Shown in pieces: positions 29,803 through 40,915 of a stretch of DNA of 64,000 nt. A program made the position numbers and the translations under genes. Each line of letters starts with the position of its first letter. Positions within the stretch are counted from its first letter, which is position 1. The notes under the pieces were generated by a model. The model saw nothing but the letters and a program-made list of their open reading frames with translations. It searched no databases and was not told the DNA's origin. The stretch covers positions 248,001-312,000 of the IMG/VR virus record IMGVR_UViG_3300024252_000004. The stretch is one strand, 5' to 3'.

Positions 29803-30304
29803 AAGACGAACCTATAAGCGTCAGAAGCTTAGAGGTCTTACTAAGATAATGTGGACGATAGATGATAATGGAGGCTGGGTGCAACCAGATTGGTATTATG
29901 AAATAAGCGTTGGGATCGTTCGGTTTCCAGAACAGAAGGCTGAACGGTTCCAAGCTTACAAAGCTCTACAGGCAGGCTACGGTATTTACCTAAAGGATAT
30001 CGTAAGCTCTGGTGGTTTCGATTCTCCATACTATGTTGATTCGTTTGTGTTAGAATGCAATGATCTCACCAAGTGGAAAGAGATCAATGTTGAATCATCG
30101 ATGAAAAACAAATTTGAGTGGTTTGATTCGGGAACTATGAGTCATCATGTTCGTATGCTGAAAGAACTTGAGTCTGTTGGCTGCAAGATGATTTACATAA
30201 ATCGTGAAATGGTAGGTGGGGAATCCCTTATCGATAGAATCCCTGAGGAGTATTCGGAAGATTTCATTTGCAATATCGAATGGTTTAAAATGTTGATGAA
30301 CTGA
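29783..30304 (+). CDS. Hypothetical protein
   Basis: ORF track. Confidence 0.55.
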   Translation: MSALSLRRRTYKRQKLRGLTKIMWTIDDNGGWVQPDWYYEISVGIVRFPEQKAERFQAYKALQAGYGIYLKDIVSSGGFDSPYYVDSFVLECNDLTKWKEINVESSMKNKFEWFDSGTMSHHVRMLKELESVGCKMIYINREMVGGESLIDRIPEEYSEDFICNIEWFKMLMN

Positions 30305-30346
30305 TTGACTTCTGTGTGTCGGCGAGGTAATAAGGAGGGACAGCAT

Positions 30347-30422
30347 TGGGGATTGGTGTAATTGGCAACACGTTCGGTTCTGGCCCGGAAGAGTATAGGT
30401 TCGATCCCTATATCCCCAGCCA
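30347..30422 (+). tRNA. tRNA-Gln(CUG)
   Basis: TGGGGAT/ATCCCCA acceptor, G73-CCA, loop TT-CTG-GC. Confidence 0.9.
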
Positions 30423-30437
30423 CACAAAGGAGATACC

Positions 30438-30695
30438 ATGGCAAAAGACATTCTATATAGACAGTGCAGCTTTGTTTGCGAGAGAGACGGCGGAGAATGT
30501 ACCACAGTTGCATGGATTCCAGAAAAGAAAAACGGCACAAAAATTGAGCCTGGAGTTAAAGTAACCTTTAAGGATTCCTCTGACGACACTCAGTGGTGGA
30601 CCGTTCGGTCTGTTGGTGATAAAACAATGACAGAGAGCAGAGTGAAAGAGAAGGAACGTCTCAATAGAAGATACAGAGAGACTACCGACATCTGA
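30438..30695 (+). CDS. Hypothetical protein
   Basis: SD AAGGAG; ORF track. Confidence 0.65.
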   Translation: MAKDILYRQCSFVCERDGGECTTVAWIPEKKNGTKIEPGVKVTFKDSSDDTQWWTVRSVGDKTMTESRVKEKERLNRRYRETTDI

Positions 30696-30701
30696 TAACA
30701 T

Positions 30702-30777
30702 TGGGGTATAGTTCAATTGGTAGAGCACTGGCCTTTGACACCAGTTGTTGTAGGTTCGAGTCCTACTGCCCCAGCCA
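30702..30777 (+). tRNA. tRNA-Gln(UUG)
   Basis: Loop CT-TTG-AC, G73-CCA. Confidence 0.9.
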
Positions 30778-31026
30778 CAGGAGAGCGTATGTTCTTCAAG
30801 AAAAAGAAGCCTTGGTATGCTTGCGAGCCTCCCTACATGAAAAGGGAGGACCAGATAGCTTGGTTTAGAACGGTAGAGGAACTTAGAGATCCCGACGAGG
30901 ATATTCCGAGAGAGTTGCCGGGACAGAATATGTATCGCTGCCTTAATGGTAATTGCGATGAACCGACTTATGAAAAGTTTTGTTCACGGTGCATCTGTGA
31001 CCATGACTGCCTTGGCGCCTCATTGA

Positions 31027-31872
31027 ATGAGAGAAAAAATGAAGACTCTTTATATTGAAACTGGTATTGAAGAAGAGTACGAGAATGCTCTTATCGCATC
31101 AGCTAAGAAGATTGGCTGGAATGTTGTGACGATTATGCATATTCCATTTGGGGATATGTTCATCTATCATAACGATGGCTATACGGGCAACCCTGTCAGA
31201 AAAGAAGACCTTGAGAATGAAAACTCTTGGTACCATGGCAGCATATCCGGTGGGAAAGCTGCACAGAGAGCCACCAAGTGGAAGGTTCATGCACCTTGGC
31301 AGCAGCTAAGGTGCTCCGTTTACTATGAGAAGCTGGGCGATCTTATCCTTCAGAAGGATCATAGGTTTGAAACGCTTGAAAGCATCTATGCCAAAAAGGA
31401 TGAGCTTTACAATTCCTCTCTTGTTGAGGAAGATACCTTATTCTTTAGGCCAGATGGTAACGGAAAGGAATTTACAGGAGGTTGTATTGCTTCGGACGAG
31501 TGGGAAAAGAAGTATAAACTGATTACTTTTTATGATCCACCGATGGACACAAGGGTGGTTGTCGCAAGACCTCAGAAGATCCAAGCTGAAGCAAGATTTC
31601 TCATTGTTGATGGGAAGCTGATTACAGGTTCTTATTACAGAACCGGTGGGCAGACCGTAAGACTTGAGGCAGCAGGAGACCTCATTGAAACTGGTAAGTC
31701 GATACTGCAAGGGGCACTGTCAAGAGGATACAATCCTTCTCCCTCTTGGGTCTTAGACTTGGCTCAAACAAATGGCGTATGGTATATCATCGAGGTGGGT
31801 GCAACGTCCTGCTGCGGATTATACAAGTGCAATACAGATGCTTTTATGGAGGCGTTGGATGGGATTATCTAA
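31027..31872 (+). CDS. ATP-grasp protein (DUF4343-like)
   Basis: LFFRPDGNGKEFTG, EARFLIVDGKLITGSYY, VLDLA, IIEVG. Confidence 0.7.
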   Translation: MREKMKTLYIETGIEEEYENALIASAKKIGWNVVTIMHIPFGDMFIYHNDGYTGNPVRKEDLENENSWYHGSISGGKAAQRATKWKVHAPWQQLRCSVYYEKLGDLILQKDHRFETLESIYAKKDELYNSSLVEEDTLFFRPDGNGKEFTGGCIASDEWEKKYKLITFYDPPMDTRVVVARPQKIQAEARFLIVDGKLITGSYYRTGGQTVRLEAAGDLIETGKSILQGALSRGYNPSPSWVLDLAQTNGVWYIIEVGATSCCGLYKCNTDAFMEALDGII

Positions 31873-33437
31873 AGAAGAAGTCGTAGAAGGAATGCTGCAC
31901 GAACTCAAAAGGGAAGGCATGTGGCGTTCTCAAGCTAAGGCTCTTATCGACAGAGTCTTTAAGCCAAGGTATCTTCATGGATTTGAAATCGAAGAAAAAT
32001 GGGAAATGCCTGAGCCTCCAAGAGAGGGGCTAATCCCCTGCTTTGATTTTCACGGTTGCGACGGACTCAGCCTATATTGGTGGGATGAATCATGGGGAAA
32101 GTATCCTAGTTTTTTAAAAGCCTGGGAGATGATAGAAGCCGAAGGAATAGAAGACACATTGAGTAATGAAAATCCTGTGATCGATCCTGACACTGGAGGC
32201 GCAATGTATAAGTCTTGTATGGATGCGTTTAGGGAGTTAGGTTTTAATGGGTAGATGGGATTACATGGGTCAGCCAAGTTTCAACCCTCCAAACGATGAC
32301 TGTCCAGAATGTAAGGAAGCATCAAGGACATATTTCGTTGGAGCAAAGAAGGTTGATGGGGTGACTCAGCGTAGGTATACCTGCGAACATAAACACGAAT
32401 GGATCGAAAGGGAAGGCGATGAATAACATTTACACAGAGGCATTTCAAAACATTTCTTGTGTTAGAGAGTTAACGATTGACGACTTTGTTCTTCCCGCTC
32501 TTGAATCTGCTGACGTTGTTTATGGAAAAGGTGCAAAAATTTATAAACTTTACGGCACAAAGTTCGCTGTGATGACTCATTCGGATCAATTCAAAAGCAC
32601 ACCAAACCAGATTACTTGGTATGAGGTGATGGGAGTCAATGAGGATGATTCCAGGATTGAGTTTATTAATCTGATCGAAAAAGAGGTAGAAGATAAGATC
32701 CCAAATGAAATGTATGAAGAGATTCAATTTTTCATTAAGGCTTCGCAGAGAAGCTGATGTCTGACAGATCAGATAAGTTTCGAGACTCTTTGGCTAAGGT
32801 ATTCGTTAAGACTCCGGAGTTTGTGAGGACACAGTCCGAACTAAGATTAGATGTTCCAGAGAACCCCTTTTTAGAATATGTCAAAAATATTCACGAAAGC
32901 TGGATGATGAATGAAAGAAGAGCTGAATTTCTTGAGTTATATGGTGACAAAAGAGCGGCCGACGAATTAAGAGAAGCTACATTAAACTTTGCAGTATTCA
33001 CTCGTGGTTACAACTCAAACGTAATAGCAGCACGACAAGCGGTTAATATAGCATTAGATAAAGGTATGTCGTTTTGTATGATCAATTACGGAAACCTTAT
33101 TGATGTGCCAAAGATCTTATTAGAAGTATCGGACAAGATAGATAAAGTTGATACAAGTTTTTACAGTGACTTGATGATGCCTCCAAGGTGGCAGTATGAT
33201 TTTTATCCAAGAGATACAGATCATTTGCTTCCGGCATCGAGGTGCTCTATTTTTATTATTGAGAAGATTCCTGGCACAAAATTCAGCGGCCATGTCCCAA
33301 AGGACAGCCGGGCCGAAGCAAAGATACCAGAAGTACAAGATTTGGTTGACATTATGGACGAGCTTCCTGCTGAAATTCAGGAGACCATGGCCCTTTACTT
33401 ACCATTTTTTGCGGCAAGTGAGAGCAAAATTTGCTAA
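31772..33437 (+). CDS. Hypothetical ORFs (31772-32254, 32247-32426 Zn-ribbon, 32419-32757, 32757-33437)
   Basis: ORF track; 32247-32426 translated by hand. Confidence 0.55.
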
Positions 33438-33459
33438 ATTTCTCACAAGATGGTATGAT
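33431..33459 (+). promoter_or_regulatory. Sigma70-type promoter, repeated family
   Basis: TTGCTA-N17-TATGAT with TGn. Confidence 0.7.
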
Positions 33460-33642
33460 GAAGTGAGCAGCGGCGTTGCCGTTCGGTCGATAAACAAGCA
33501 ACATTTTAAAGGAGGTTGTTATGACGTACATTACGAATTATGTTATCCAGAGCATTACCCTTGATGTTGCACAGATTCCAGGCAAGAGCCCCGTAAGGGT
33601 GTAATAAGCTATAGTGCTTAAGCACAATTACAAAAATCTTGT

Positions 33643-33720
33643 CTGGGTGTGGCGCAGTCTGGTCAGCGCTCCTGTTTTGGAAACAGGAGGTCGCAGGTTC
33701 AAATCCTGTCACCCAGACCA
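33643..33720 (+). tRNA. tRNA-Pro(UGG), copy 1
   Basis: Loop TT-TGG-AA, C1-G72, ACCA end. Confidence 0.9.
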
Positions 33721-33725
33721 TATCT

Positions 33726-33801
33726 CGGGATATGGTGTAATCTGGTAACACTCATGGTTTGGGACCATGAATTGCGGGTTCAAATCCTGCTATCCCGACC
33801 G
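33726..33801 (+). tRNA. tRNA-Pro(UGG), copy 2
   Basis: Loop TT-TGG-GA, ends ACCG. Confidence 0.85.
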
Positions 33802-33818
33802 AAGAATTAAGGGACTTA

Positions 33819-34455
33819 ATGGAAGACTTACTAAAGAAGTACGAGGATGCGAGAAAGGCTCTTGGTGAGTATTTTGACGCCCCTATCTATCATAACCTAA
33901 TCACTAATTTTCAAGATCAGTGGACAGATTATGGTGTTCAGCACGACTCAGTTGCTTGGGAATATCAAGAAGACGAGAGCAGTGAGTGGGATGACGGGGA
34001 GTTCATGTATAGCTTTGAGGTCCAAGGAGTTTCCAGATGGCAAAGCAAAGACGGCAAGTATACCTTGTTCATCGGTAGAGACTGTTGTGGAAACACTGAC
34101 TGTTATATTTTTCTAAATGAATTAAAGATGGAAGGCGTCTAACATGGCGGGCTCGGTAATGCCTTTGTTCGAAGATATGAAGTTTCTTAAAGCGACGAAA
34201 TATCCGGTGGCAAAAGTTGGTATTATTTATCTTACGGAAAACCGTAGGGGCGGAATAATCTATGCTGCTGAACGAGATCAATGTTATCTGTACGATATGG
34301 GAAAGGGAAAATGGAAAACGGTTATTCCGGGTTCATACCTTCAATGCCCAGGCAATTGGGCTCGTCATCTTAACGCATTAGAGAAAAGAAAATTTGTTTC
34401 ATTGATGAACATTCTTAAATTCAAGAATTGGACATACAAGAAAGTTTACAAGTAG
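33819..34455 (+). CDS. Two hypothetical ORFs (33819-34142, 34144-34455)
   Basis: ORF track. Confidence 0.55.
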
Positions 34456-34898
34456 AGGTGCTTATGAGCATTCAGGACACAGTTAAGGCCCACATGAAAG
34501 AGGCCATGTATAGCCGAGATAAACCTCGCCTTACTGCCCTTCGCGGTATCAAGGCTGAGCTTACCAAGGAGACGAAGATCAAGGGTGTTGAGACTCTTTC
34601 TGAGGAAAAGAGTATAAAGATCCTGCGAAGGCTTGCAAAGCAGCGAACAGAATCCGCTACTGTTTATTCAGATGCGGGAAGAGATGAGCTTGCAGAGCAG
34701 GAGCGTTTCGAGCTTGGGATCATCGAAAGTTTTCTCCCCGCCCTGGCAGGTGAGGCAGAAACTCGTGTATGGATTCAGGAGGCCATCGATAGTGGGGCGT
34801 CTAACATGGGCGCAGTAATGGGGATGGTTATGAAGTCTCATAGAAGTGAGGCTGACGGCAAGCTTGTTCGCAAGCTTGTGCAGGAAATGCTTAAGTAA
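34428..34898 (+). CDS. GatB/YqeY domain protein
   Basis: MKEAM, KQRTESATVYSDAGRDELAEQE, MGAVMG, ADGKLV. Confidence 0.9.
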   Translation: MDIQESLQVEVLMSIQDTVKAHMKEAMYSRDKPRLTALRGIKAELTKETKIKGVETLSEEKSIKILRRLAKQRTESATVYSDAGRDELAEQERFELGIIESFLPALAGEAETRVWIQEAIDSGASNMGAVMGMVMKSHRSEADGKLVRKLVQEMLK

Positions 34899-35197
34899 TA
34901 GCTTGCCTCCTTGGATAAGGAGGTGTGTCATGCTTGATGCAAAAACGCAGGAGTTCCTGCGCAAATTGAAAGAGTTGTGTGCAGAATTTGAGGTAGAGAT
35001 AGGCGGCTGCGGCTGCTGTGGTTCACCATACTTCACAGTGGGTGAGAAGAGTTACGAGGATCTTTTTATTAGCAAAGACGAAAATCGTTGCTATGATAAA
35101 GACGGAGAACACAACTTTTAACGTTACTGAGCAGTTAGAAGCGCCGCGTAGAGCTGGATCAACGGGGAACTTTCGAAATGGTGAGAGGCCATTACAT

Positions 35198-35275
35198 CGG
35201 GGTATAGCGCAGTCTGGTCAGCGCACCTGCTTTGGGAGCAGGGGGCCGTAGGTTCGAATCCTACTATCCCGACCA
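35198..35275 (+). tRNA. tRNA-Pro(UGG), copy 3
   Basis: Loop TT-TGG-GA, ACCA end. Confidence 0.9.
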
Positions 35276-35324
35276 TAAAACTACTTGGAGTGCTTAAGCA
35301 TCATGACCGTCGAGAGGGTCTTAT

Positions 35325-35415
35325 AGGACTGTAGCTCAGTTTTTGGTTAGAGCGCTCGCCTGATAAGTGAGAGGCCACTTGGTATACGTTGGTTCAAATC
35401 CAACCAGTCCTACCA
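35325..35415 (+). tRNA. tRNA-Ile(GAU) with a 16-nt variable region
   Basis: Loop CT-GAT-AA; variable AGGCCACTTGGTATAC. Confidence 0.85.
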
Positions 35416-35427
35416 TAAGGAAATGAA

Positions 35428-36425
35428 ATGCTTACTATTGATCAAGTTAGAAAGCTAAAGCGTGGCGATAAGGTTGTGGATACCTACGGAAAGGTTTATG
35501 ACTTTGGATATATTTCCCAAACGAATGCTGCCGTAGTTTACGATGAAGGCGAATACAATATGCAGGATGCTTCAGCTTTCAGACTACTTTCTGACAAAGA
35601 GGTTTCTGAAAAACCATTCTATAAGCTGAGGATCAAATGATAAACAAAATCGATTTTAGCAAAATCCCTAAAGAAGACCTATCTGTTTACGAACTATGGG
35701 TTGTGGCAACGTGGTCAGGGAATCCTTATACCGATGATCCTGGGAGTTGGTATATTGAAGATGGTCTGTATCTAAAAAAGGAATCCGCCATTCTTGCTGC
35801 CTCAGTAAGGGGCGTCCGTAAGGATCAAGTTATGAGTCTGAGCGATTTCATATCGAAATGCAATAGGGGTTACTAATGGATTTGTGGCTACATCTGATGG
35901 AATGCAGTTACCCGGAGGGTTGCACTTGCGGCACCTCCGCATACAATGCTTTGGCAGAAAAAGTTGCTGAGCAGCAGTCTCTTATGAGAGAAGCTGCCAA
36001 AGCCTTGTCTGACTGGAACAACGGACAAGGGGTGGATGAAGATTTGGAGCTAATAAAGAAGCTTCGAAGTTAAAATGGGCTGCCCAAATTGTGGTGGAGA
36101 ATCATATCTGACGACTTATCGAGCGAGATACCCTCGTGCAGGTAAGAGTCTTTTGGTTAAGTCAAAATGTATGATGTGTTCATCCTGTAGGACCCGGATA
36201 GGTCCTTTCAAATTCTTGACACCAGCGTTGGCAAATGAAAATGATGCTAACGCCGAGATAGAATGGGAAAGAAAATATAATGAGAAGATGCCTCCAGAAT
36301 ATCCGATGGGTCGTATAAGAAAGATTATGCGAACAGAGGAAGGTAAAAGGCGTGTAGCTGAAGCTTTTGGAAAAGCTTTGTACAAAGAAGTAGAGAAAAC
36401 CTCTAAGGAGAGTAAAGATGATTAA
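35428..36425 (+). CDS. Four small hypothetical ORFs
   Basis: ORF track. Confidence 0.55.
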
Positions 36426-36789
36426 TCAGAGCGATGTTGTTGAATACCTAAAGAACGTTAGCGTTATTGAACTTAGAGGTCTTATCGGGACTCTGGAGGA
36501 TGAGCTTGGAGTTAAGATTCCAGAATACACAGCACCTTCTCAGTACGATCTCGGTTTTGGTGGCGGAGAGGTAGAGCAGACCGAGTTTACCGTTGTCCTT
36601 CAGGGCTTTGAGGGTAAGAAGGTTGCACTGATTAAGGTCGTGCGAGCACTTACAGGTCTCGGTCTAAAGGATGCAAAGGTCGCGGTAGAGTCCGCTCCTT
36701 ATGTGATTAAGGAAGGCGTTGATAAGGGCGTAGCAGAAGAGGTTGCCGCTTCTATGAGAGAGGTTGGTGGCTTGGTAGACATTGTATAA
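36418..36789 (+). CDS. rplL: Ribosomal protein bL12 (L7/L12)
   Basis: EQTEFTVVL, KVALIKVVRALTGLGLKDAK, APYVIKEGV. Confidence 0.95.
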   Translation: MINQSDVVEYLKNVSVIELRGLIGTLEDELGVKIPEYTAPSQYDLGFGGGEVEQTEFTVVLQGFEGKKVALIKVVRALTGLGLKDAKVAVESAPYVIKEGVDKGVAEEVAASMREVGGLVDIV

Positions 36790-36983
36790 TGTTGAATGAA
36801 GCCATCGCAGAAGCTCTTGACGCGCCTTATAAACAGGCGCGTCAAGAGGGAGCAGAGGAAGAGAGAAAAAAGATCGCTGACTGGTTGAGAGAAACCAGCA
36901 AGCACAGTAAGATAGCAAGTACCTTGCTGCGATTAATGGCTGATGAAATTGAGTCTGGCGATTATGGCAAGGGTTAACAATTT

Positions 36984-37057
36984 TGGAGATTAGTTTAATC
37001 GTAAAATAGGTGGCTCTGACCCGCCCGTTACTGGTTCAAATCCAGTATCTCCAGCCA
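36984..37057 (+). tRNA. tRNA-Gln(CUG), copy 2 (D-loop lacks GG)
   Basis: TGGAGAT/ATCTCCA acceptor, loop CT-CTG-AC. Confidence 0.8.
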
Positions 37058-37074
37058 TCATCATAGGTGATACA

Positions 37075-37577
37075 ATGAAGATCGATATGGAGATTCTTAA
37101 GAGTCGAGTCAAAGGGACAGTAAACTTTTCTTTTTTCAGAGCAGGACAGCTCTGGTATGTATGTGAGGACGGGTGGGAATTTCCTATTCCTGTCGAAGAT
37201 ACGGGCAATGCACAGGGAAGCTCTCCCACTTTCTCTGCTCAGATGAAGGGCATTTATATGATGCGCTGGGTAAAGAAGGCTATGGAAGCAGAACTACAAA
37301 GGGATAGTGAGTGAGCATTTTTTCTAAAGTTATTGGCGAGAATATCTTTTTTAAACCAGAATTGTATCCGAGCGGAAATTGCTATGCTCATTATCCTTTG
37401 TCAACAAGGGATGTGAGTATTATATTGGAATATGATACGGGAAGATTTATCTATTACAAAATGAGACCAAGTGGATATGTTACAGGTGATCATATTTGTG
37501 CTGGGAAATTTTCGTCATACCTTTCCGAAAAGGAAAAGAAGTCATTTATTGAAATGTTGGAAAAGATCGAATCGTAG
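37075..37577 (+). CDS. Two hypothetical ORFs (37075-37314, 37311-37577)
   Basis: ORF track. Confidence 0.55.
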
Positions 37578-37645
37578 CTCAGTCCGGTAAGAGCACTCGG
37601 CTGATACCCGAGGGGTCGGTAGTTCAAATCTACCCGGTTCGACCA
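37568..37645 (+). tRNA. tRNA-Ile(GAU), canonical body
   Basis: CGAATCG/CGGTTCG acceptor, loop CT-GAT-AC. Confidence 0.88.
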
Positions 37646-37657
37646 TTAAAATGGGAG

Positions 37658-38564
37658 TTGGTTATGTCTAAACTGTTGAAAAAAAGACCCACTAAGCCAA
37701 GGGCACCAACTGAACCAAAAGAAATTTTGTCTTCGTATTCGTCAAAAACAATATACAGTTCATCTATTGAAGGTAGCGAGATTTTGGAACTCATGAAAGA
37801 GTGTAATTGTAGTATTACAGATTTATCTTTTCTCTTTTATGGAGACGACAACTATTCTTGTGACGAGATAGAAATAAGTATTAACGCTCCGCTAATGAAT
37901 AACAAGTATTCTGAGCAGATGGTTGTCTACGAGAGTAAGCTTGAAATCTATCACAAAAAGATGGAAATTTTCACGGCAAAGCTTTCTCTGTGGAATGAAC
38001 AGAAGAAGCAAAGAGATGACGAGGCAAAGGCAAAGAAAATTGAAGCTCTTGAGTATAAGCTATCTCAGCTAAGGAAGTAGTTTGACTCGCCTTAGTGACA
38101 TACTCGAACGAATATCTGCGAACCCTTACAAGACTATGTCTACTCCGAAGCCCTATGGGAAGTCGGATGGAGAAAGGCTTGCGGGAGAGTTCTACCTTCA
38201 ACTTAAGAAGCTTGATTGCATTCGCGGAATTGGATCGGGCATTCTTGAGATCATCGGAACAGATTATGTTTTGATGGTAAGAGGCACTAAGAGCACAGCA
38301 GAGTTGTTTTTTGCCAACAGGGTTTACATCAAACAGGCAAGGAAGCAGTCCCATGAGGAATCAGTAAGTCTTGATGCAGCCTTTCGTCTCTCTAAAGTGA
38401 ATGATGAATTCGATGAATTCTTAGCAATTCCACATTTCTTAGATGCTATGGAGGAAATGCCTGAAGAGTTGCAGGGTTACATCGTAACTAACATTCCGGA
38501 CTTTGCAGATTATGATGTTTCTGATAGGGTTAGAAAGAATTCTGAGTGGTTGAAAAACGTATAA
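37658..38564 (+). CDS. Two hypothetical ORFs (37658-38080, 38082-38564)
   Basis: ORF track. Confidence 0.55.
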
Positions 38565-38582
38565 TGCTCCCATGAGGTGAGC

Positions 38583-39458
38583 ATGAAACCAGTAGTTCTT
38601 TTTGATATGGATGGCACATTAACTGAGCCAAGAAAAACAGTAGAAGCTCCGATGCTTCGGGCGTTAGAGACGCTGATGCAATACGCTGTAGTAGGCATTG
38701 TATCCGGCAGTGATTACGATTACATCTATCAACAGATGGAACTTGATAAAAATGATTTAAAAGATGTTTTGATTTATCCTTGCAATGGGACAAAGAGATA
38801 TGTCTATGATCAAGTTAAGAAACGTTGGGAAAATACGTTTTCTGTCGATATGAAAGAGGAGATCGGGGGCGAGAAGCTTTATAGTTTAATGGAGCTACTT
38901 TTAGATTGGCAGCTATTCTATCTTGAATCTGCAAAGAAAAATGGTTTCAAGACGCCCCTTACGGGTTTGCACTTACAGAACAGAGGCTCCATGATTAACT
39001 GGTGCCCAATTGGACGAGGCGCAGATCACGACGAAAGGAAATTGTTTCAGGACTATGATGCAAATACTTCTTGGCGAGAAGAGACCCTTCCCTTGTTGGA
39101 AGATGAAATCGGACTAAGAGTAGAAGGAGTAACAGTTGTCAAAGGCGGATCAACATCATTCGACATCTACCCAGACGGATGGGATAAAAGATTTGTCAAA
39201 AGATTCCACGAAGGACAAGAACTCTATTTCGTTGGAGATCGATGCGAAAAAGGTGGGAACGATTACGAGCTTTACGCCGATCTTAAAAGATCCAAAGAAA
39301 GTCGCACCTTTGAGCGCAAACAGCTATTCTTTCCCTGGTCTAAAGTCAATCAAGATGAGTGCAAATATCAAGATTCTTTTAACACCGGATCTCCGGAAGA
39401 AACAAGCAGGATCATTGAAGAGGATCTCATCCCGCGTATCGTTAAGGCGCGAGTTTGA
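38583..39458 (+). CDS. Phosphomannomutase-like HAD hydrolase (PMM2 type)
   Basis: FDMDGTLT, VSGSD, NRGSMINWCPIGR, GGSTSFDIYPDGWDK, FVGDRCEKGGNDYE. Confidence 0.88.
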   Translation: MKPVVLFDMDGTLTEPRKTVEAPMLRALETLMQYAVVGIVSGSDYDYIYQQMELDKNDLKDVLIYPCNGTKRYVYDQVKKRWENTFSVDMKEEIGGEKLYSLMELLLDWQLFYLESAKKNGFKTPLTGLHLQNRGSMINWCPIGRGADHDERKLFQDYDANTSWREETLPLLEDEIGLRVEGVTVVKGGSTSFDIYPDGWDKRFVKRFHEGQELYFVGDRCEKGGNDYELYADLKRSKESRTFERKQLFFPWSKVNQDECKYQDSFNTGSPEETSRIIEEDLIPRIVKARV

Positions 39459-39501
39459 GGAATGTCAAGATGAAGTGACAGAGCGCATAGGGTATTTTCA
39501 A

Positions 39502-39894
39502 ATGAGCGAGAAAACACTTAAGCCTATTGAACCTATTGATGATATGGTTATGACCATTATCGCTGACCTTAAGGAACTTGATTGTGTTACAGAGGTAATG
39601 GAATCTGGGTGGGAGGTTGGTTATAGGATTCAAGGAACGCCTTTGACTCTTATGGTGGCTCACGATGACATCAAGCCAACATTTCTATTTGTGAGAACAG
39701 AAATCTCAGAGGATCTTTTTAACTCATTTTGGGTTGATGACATGAATACAAAAGACCCAAACAAGTTGAGCCTTTATGTTCCAGTTCGCAAGCTATTCGA
39801 TTTGGTAGATTTGCCAGAAGAAATGATTGAGTTTTTGGCGGTCAGGATTTCAATGTTTGTTGATGGAGATATCTCCGAGCAGCAAGACTTTTAG
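39502..39894 (+). CDS. Hypothetical protein
   Basis: In-frame ATG within track ORF 39136-39894. Confidence 0.55.
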   Translation: MSEKTLKPIEPIDDMVMTIIADLKELDCVTEVMESGWEVGYRIQGTPLTLMVAHDDIKPTFLFVRTEISEDLFNSFWVDDMNTKDPNKLSLYVPVRKLFDLVDLPEEMIEFLAVRISMFVDGDISEQQDF

Positions 39895-40175
39895 TCCTCG
39901 TCTTTATCTTCTTTCTTTTCTTTTGGAGCTTCGCCACCAAAGAGCTTTTCCATAAGCTCAGCAAAGTCGGAGGCATCCTCTGCTTCTTCTGGCATTTCTT
40001 CGCCATGACTATGTTCACATATATCAAGCGTAGGCTCATCGGGCATAGGAGATAGTCCCAAAGCAGATGCAATTTCTGCTGGATCTACTCCTTCTAAAAT
40101 CAAAATCTCTTGAGCCTCTTTTTTGAAATTAAGGCTGTAGAGGTTTCTGCTTAAACTTACAAGTTTAGTGTACAT
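39891..40175 (-). CDS. Hypothetical acidic protein, isolated on the minus strand
   Basis: SD AGGAG then MYTKLVSLSRNL. Confidence 0.65.
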   Translation of the reverse strand: MYTKLVSLSRNLYSLNFKKEAQEILILEGVDPAEIASALGLSPMPDEPTLDICEHSHGEEMPEEAEDASDFAELMEKLFGGEAPKEKKEDKDED

Positions 40176-40227
40176 AGTACTGTCACTCCTACTAAGATTA
40201 AGTATAATAGTAGGACTGGAGGTTCTA

Positions 40228-40915
40228 ATGAATTCGATCATATTGGAAATTAAAGCTGCCGAAGGCGGCACAGATGCAAAGCTCCTTGTTGATGAACAGT
40301 TGGCCATTTATAGGAGATACTGTTCTCGGAGGTCTCTTTGAGTTAGCTCTCTTAGATTCCAGAAGCGGTTTTATCAGATGCAGAGTCAGCGGCAAAAACG
40401 TCAAAAAACATTTTAGGCATGAGCCTGGAGGCCACAGATGGCAAAGGGTTCCTCCGACAGAGAGACGAGGAAGGGTTCATACTTCTACGATCACTGTCGC
40501 TGTCCTACCGGAAGTAACTGAATCTGAAGTTAAGATTAGCGAAAAAGATTTAGAATGGAAAGCCTTTAGGGGTTCTGGTCCCGGCGGTCAGCATAGAAAC
40601 AAAACTGATTCTGCTGTGTCGCTTCACCATAAGCCTACTGGAATCAAGATCCGTTCTGAATCTCAAAAGAGTCAGAAGCAGAATAAGGACACCGCTCTTG
40701 CAATATTGAGAGCGAGGTTGCATTCTGAGCAGAGAGAGTCTCAGTCTTTGCGACGCAGTAATATGAGGAAGAGCCAAGTGGGCTCAGGTATGCGCGCCGA
40801 CAAAATCAGGACGATCAGGTTGCAGGACGGACAAGTTACGGATCACAACACTGGAAAAAGAATCTCTGCGAAAAAATATTTGCGCGGAGACTTGGAAGGT
40901 CTATTTGAAAAGTAA
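40228..40915 (+). CDS. Class-1 peptide chain release factor (RF1-type PxT), programmed +1 frameshift at 40336-40341
   Basis: MNSIILEIKAAEGGTDA; GGAGG-TCT-CTT-TGA; +1 frame GGHRWQRVPPTE.RGRVHTS, GSGPGGQHRNKTDSAV, KIRT. Confidence 0.88.
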
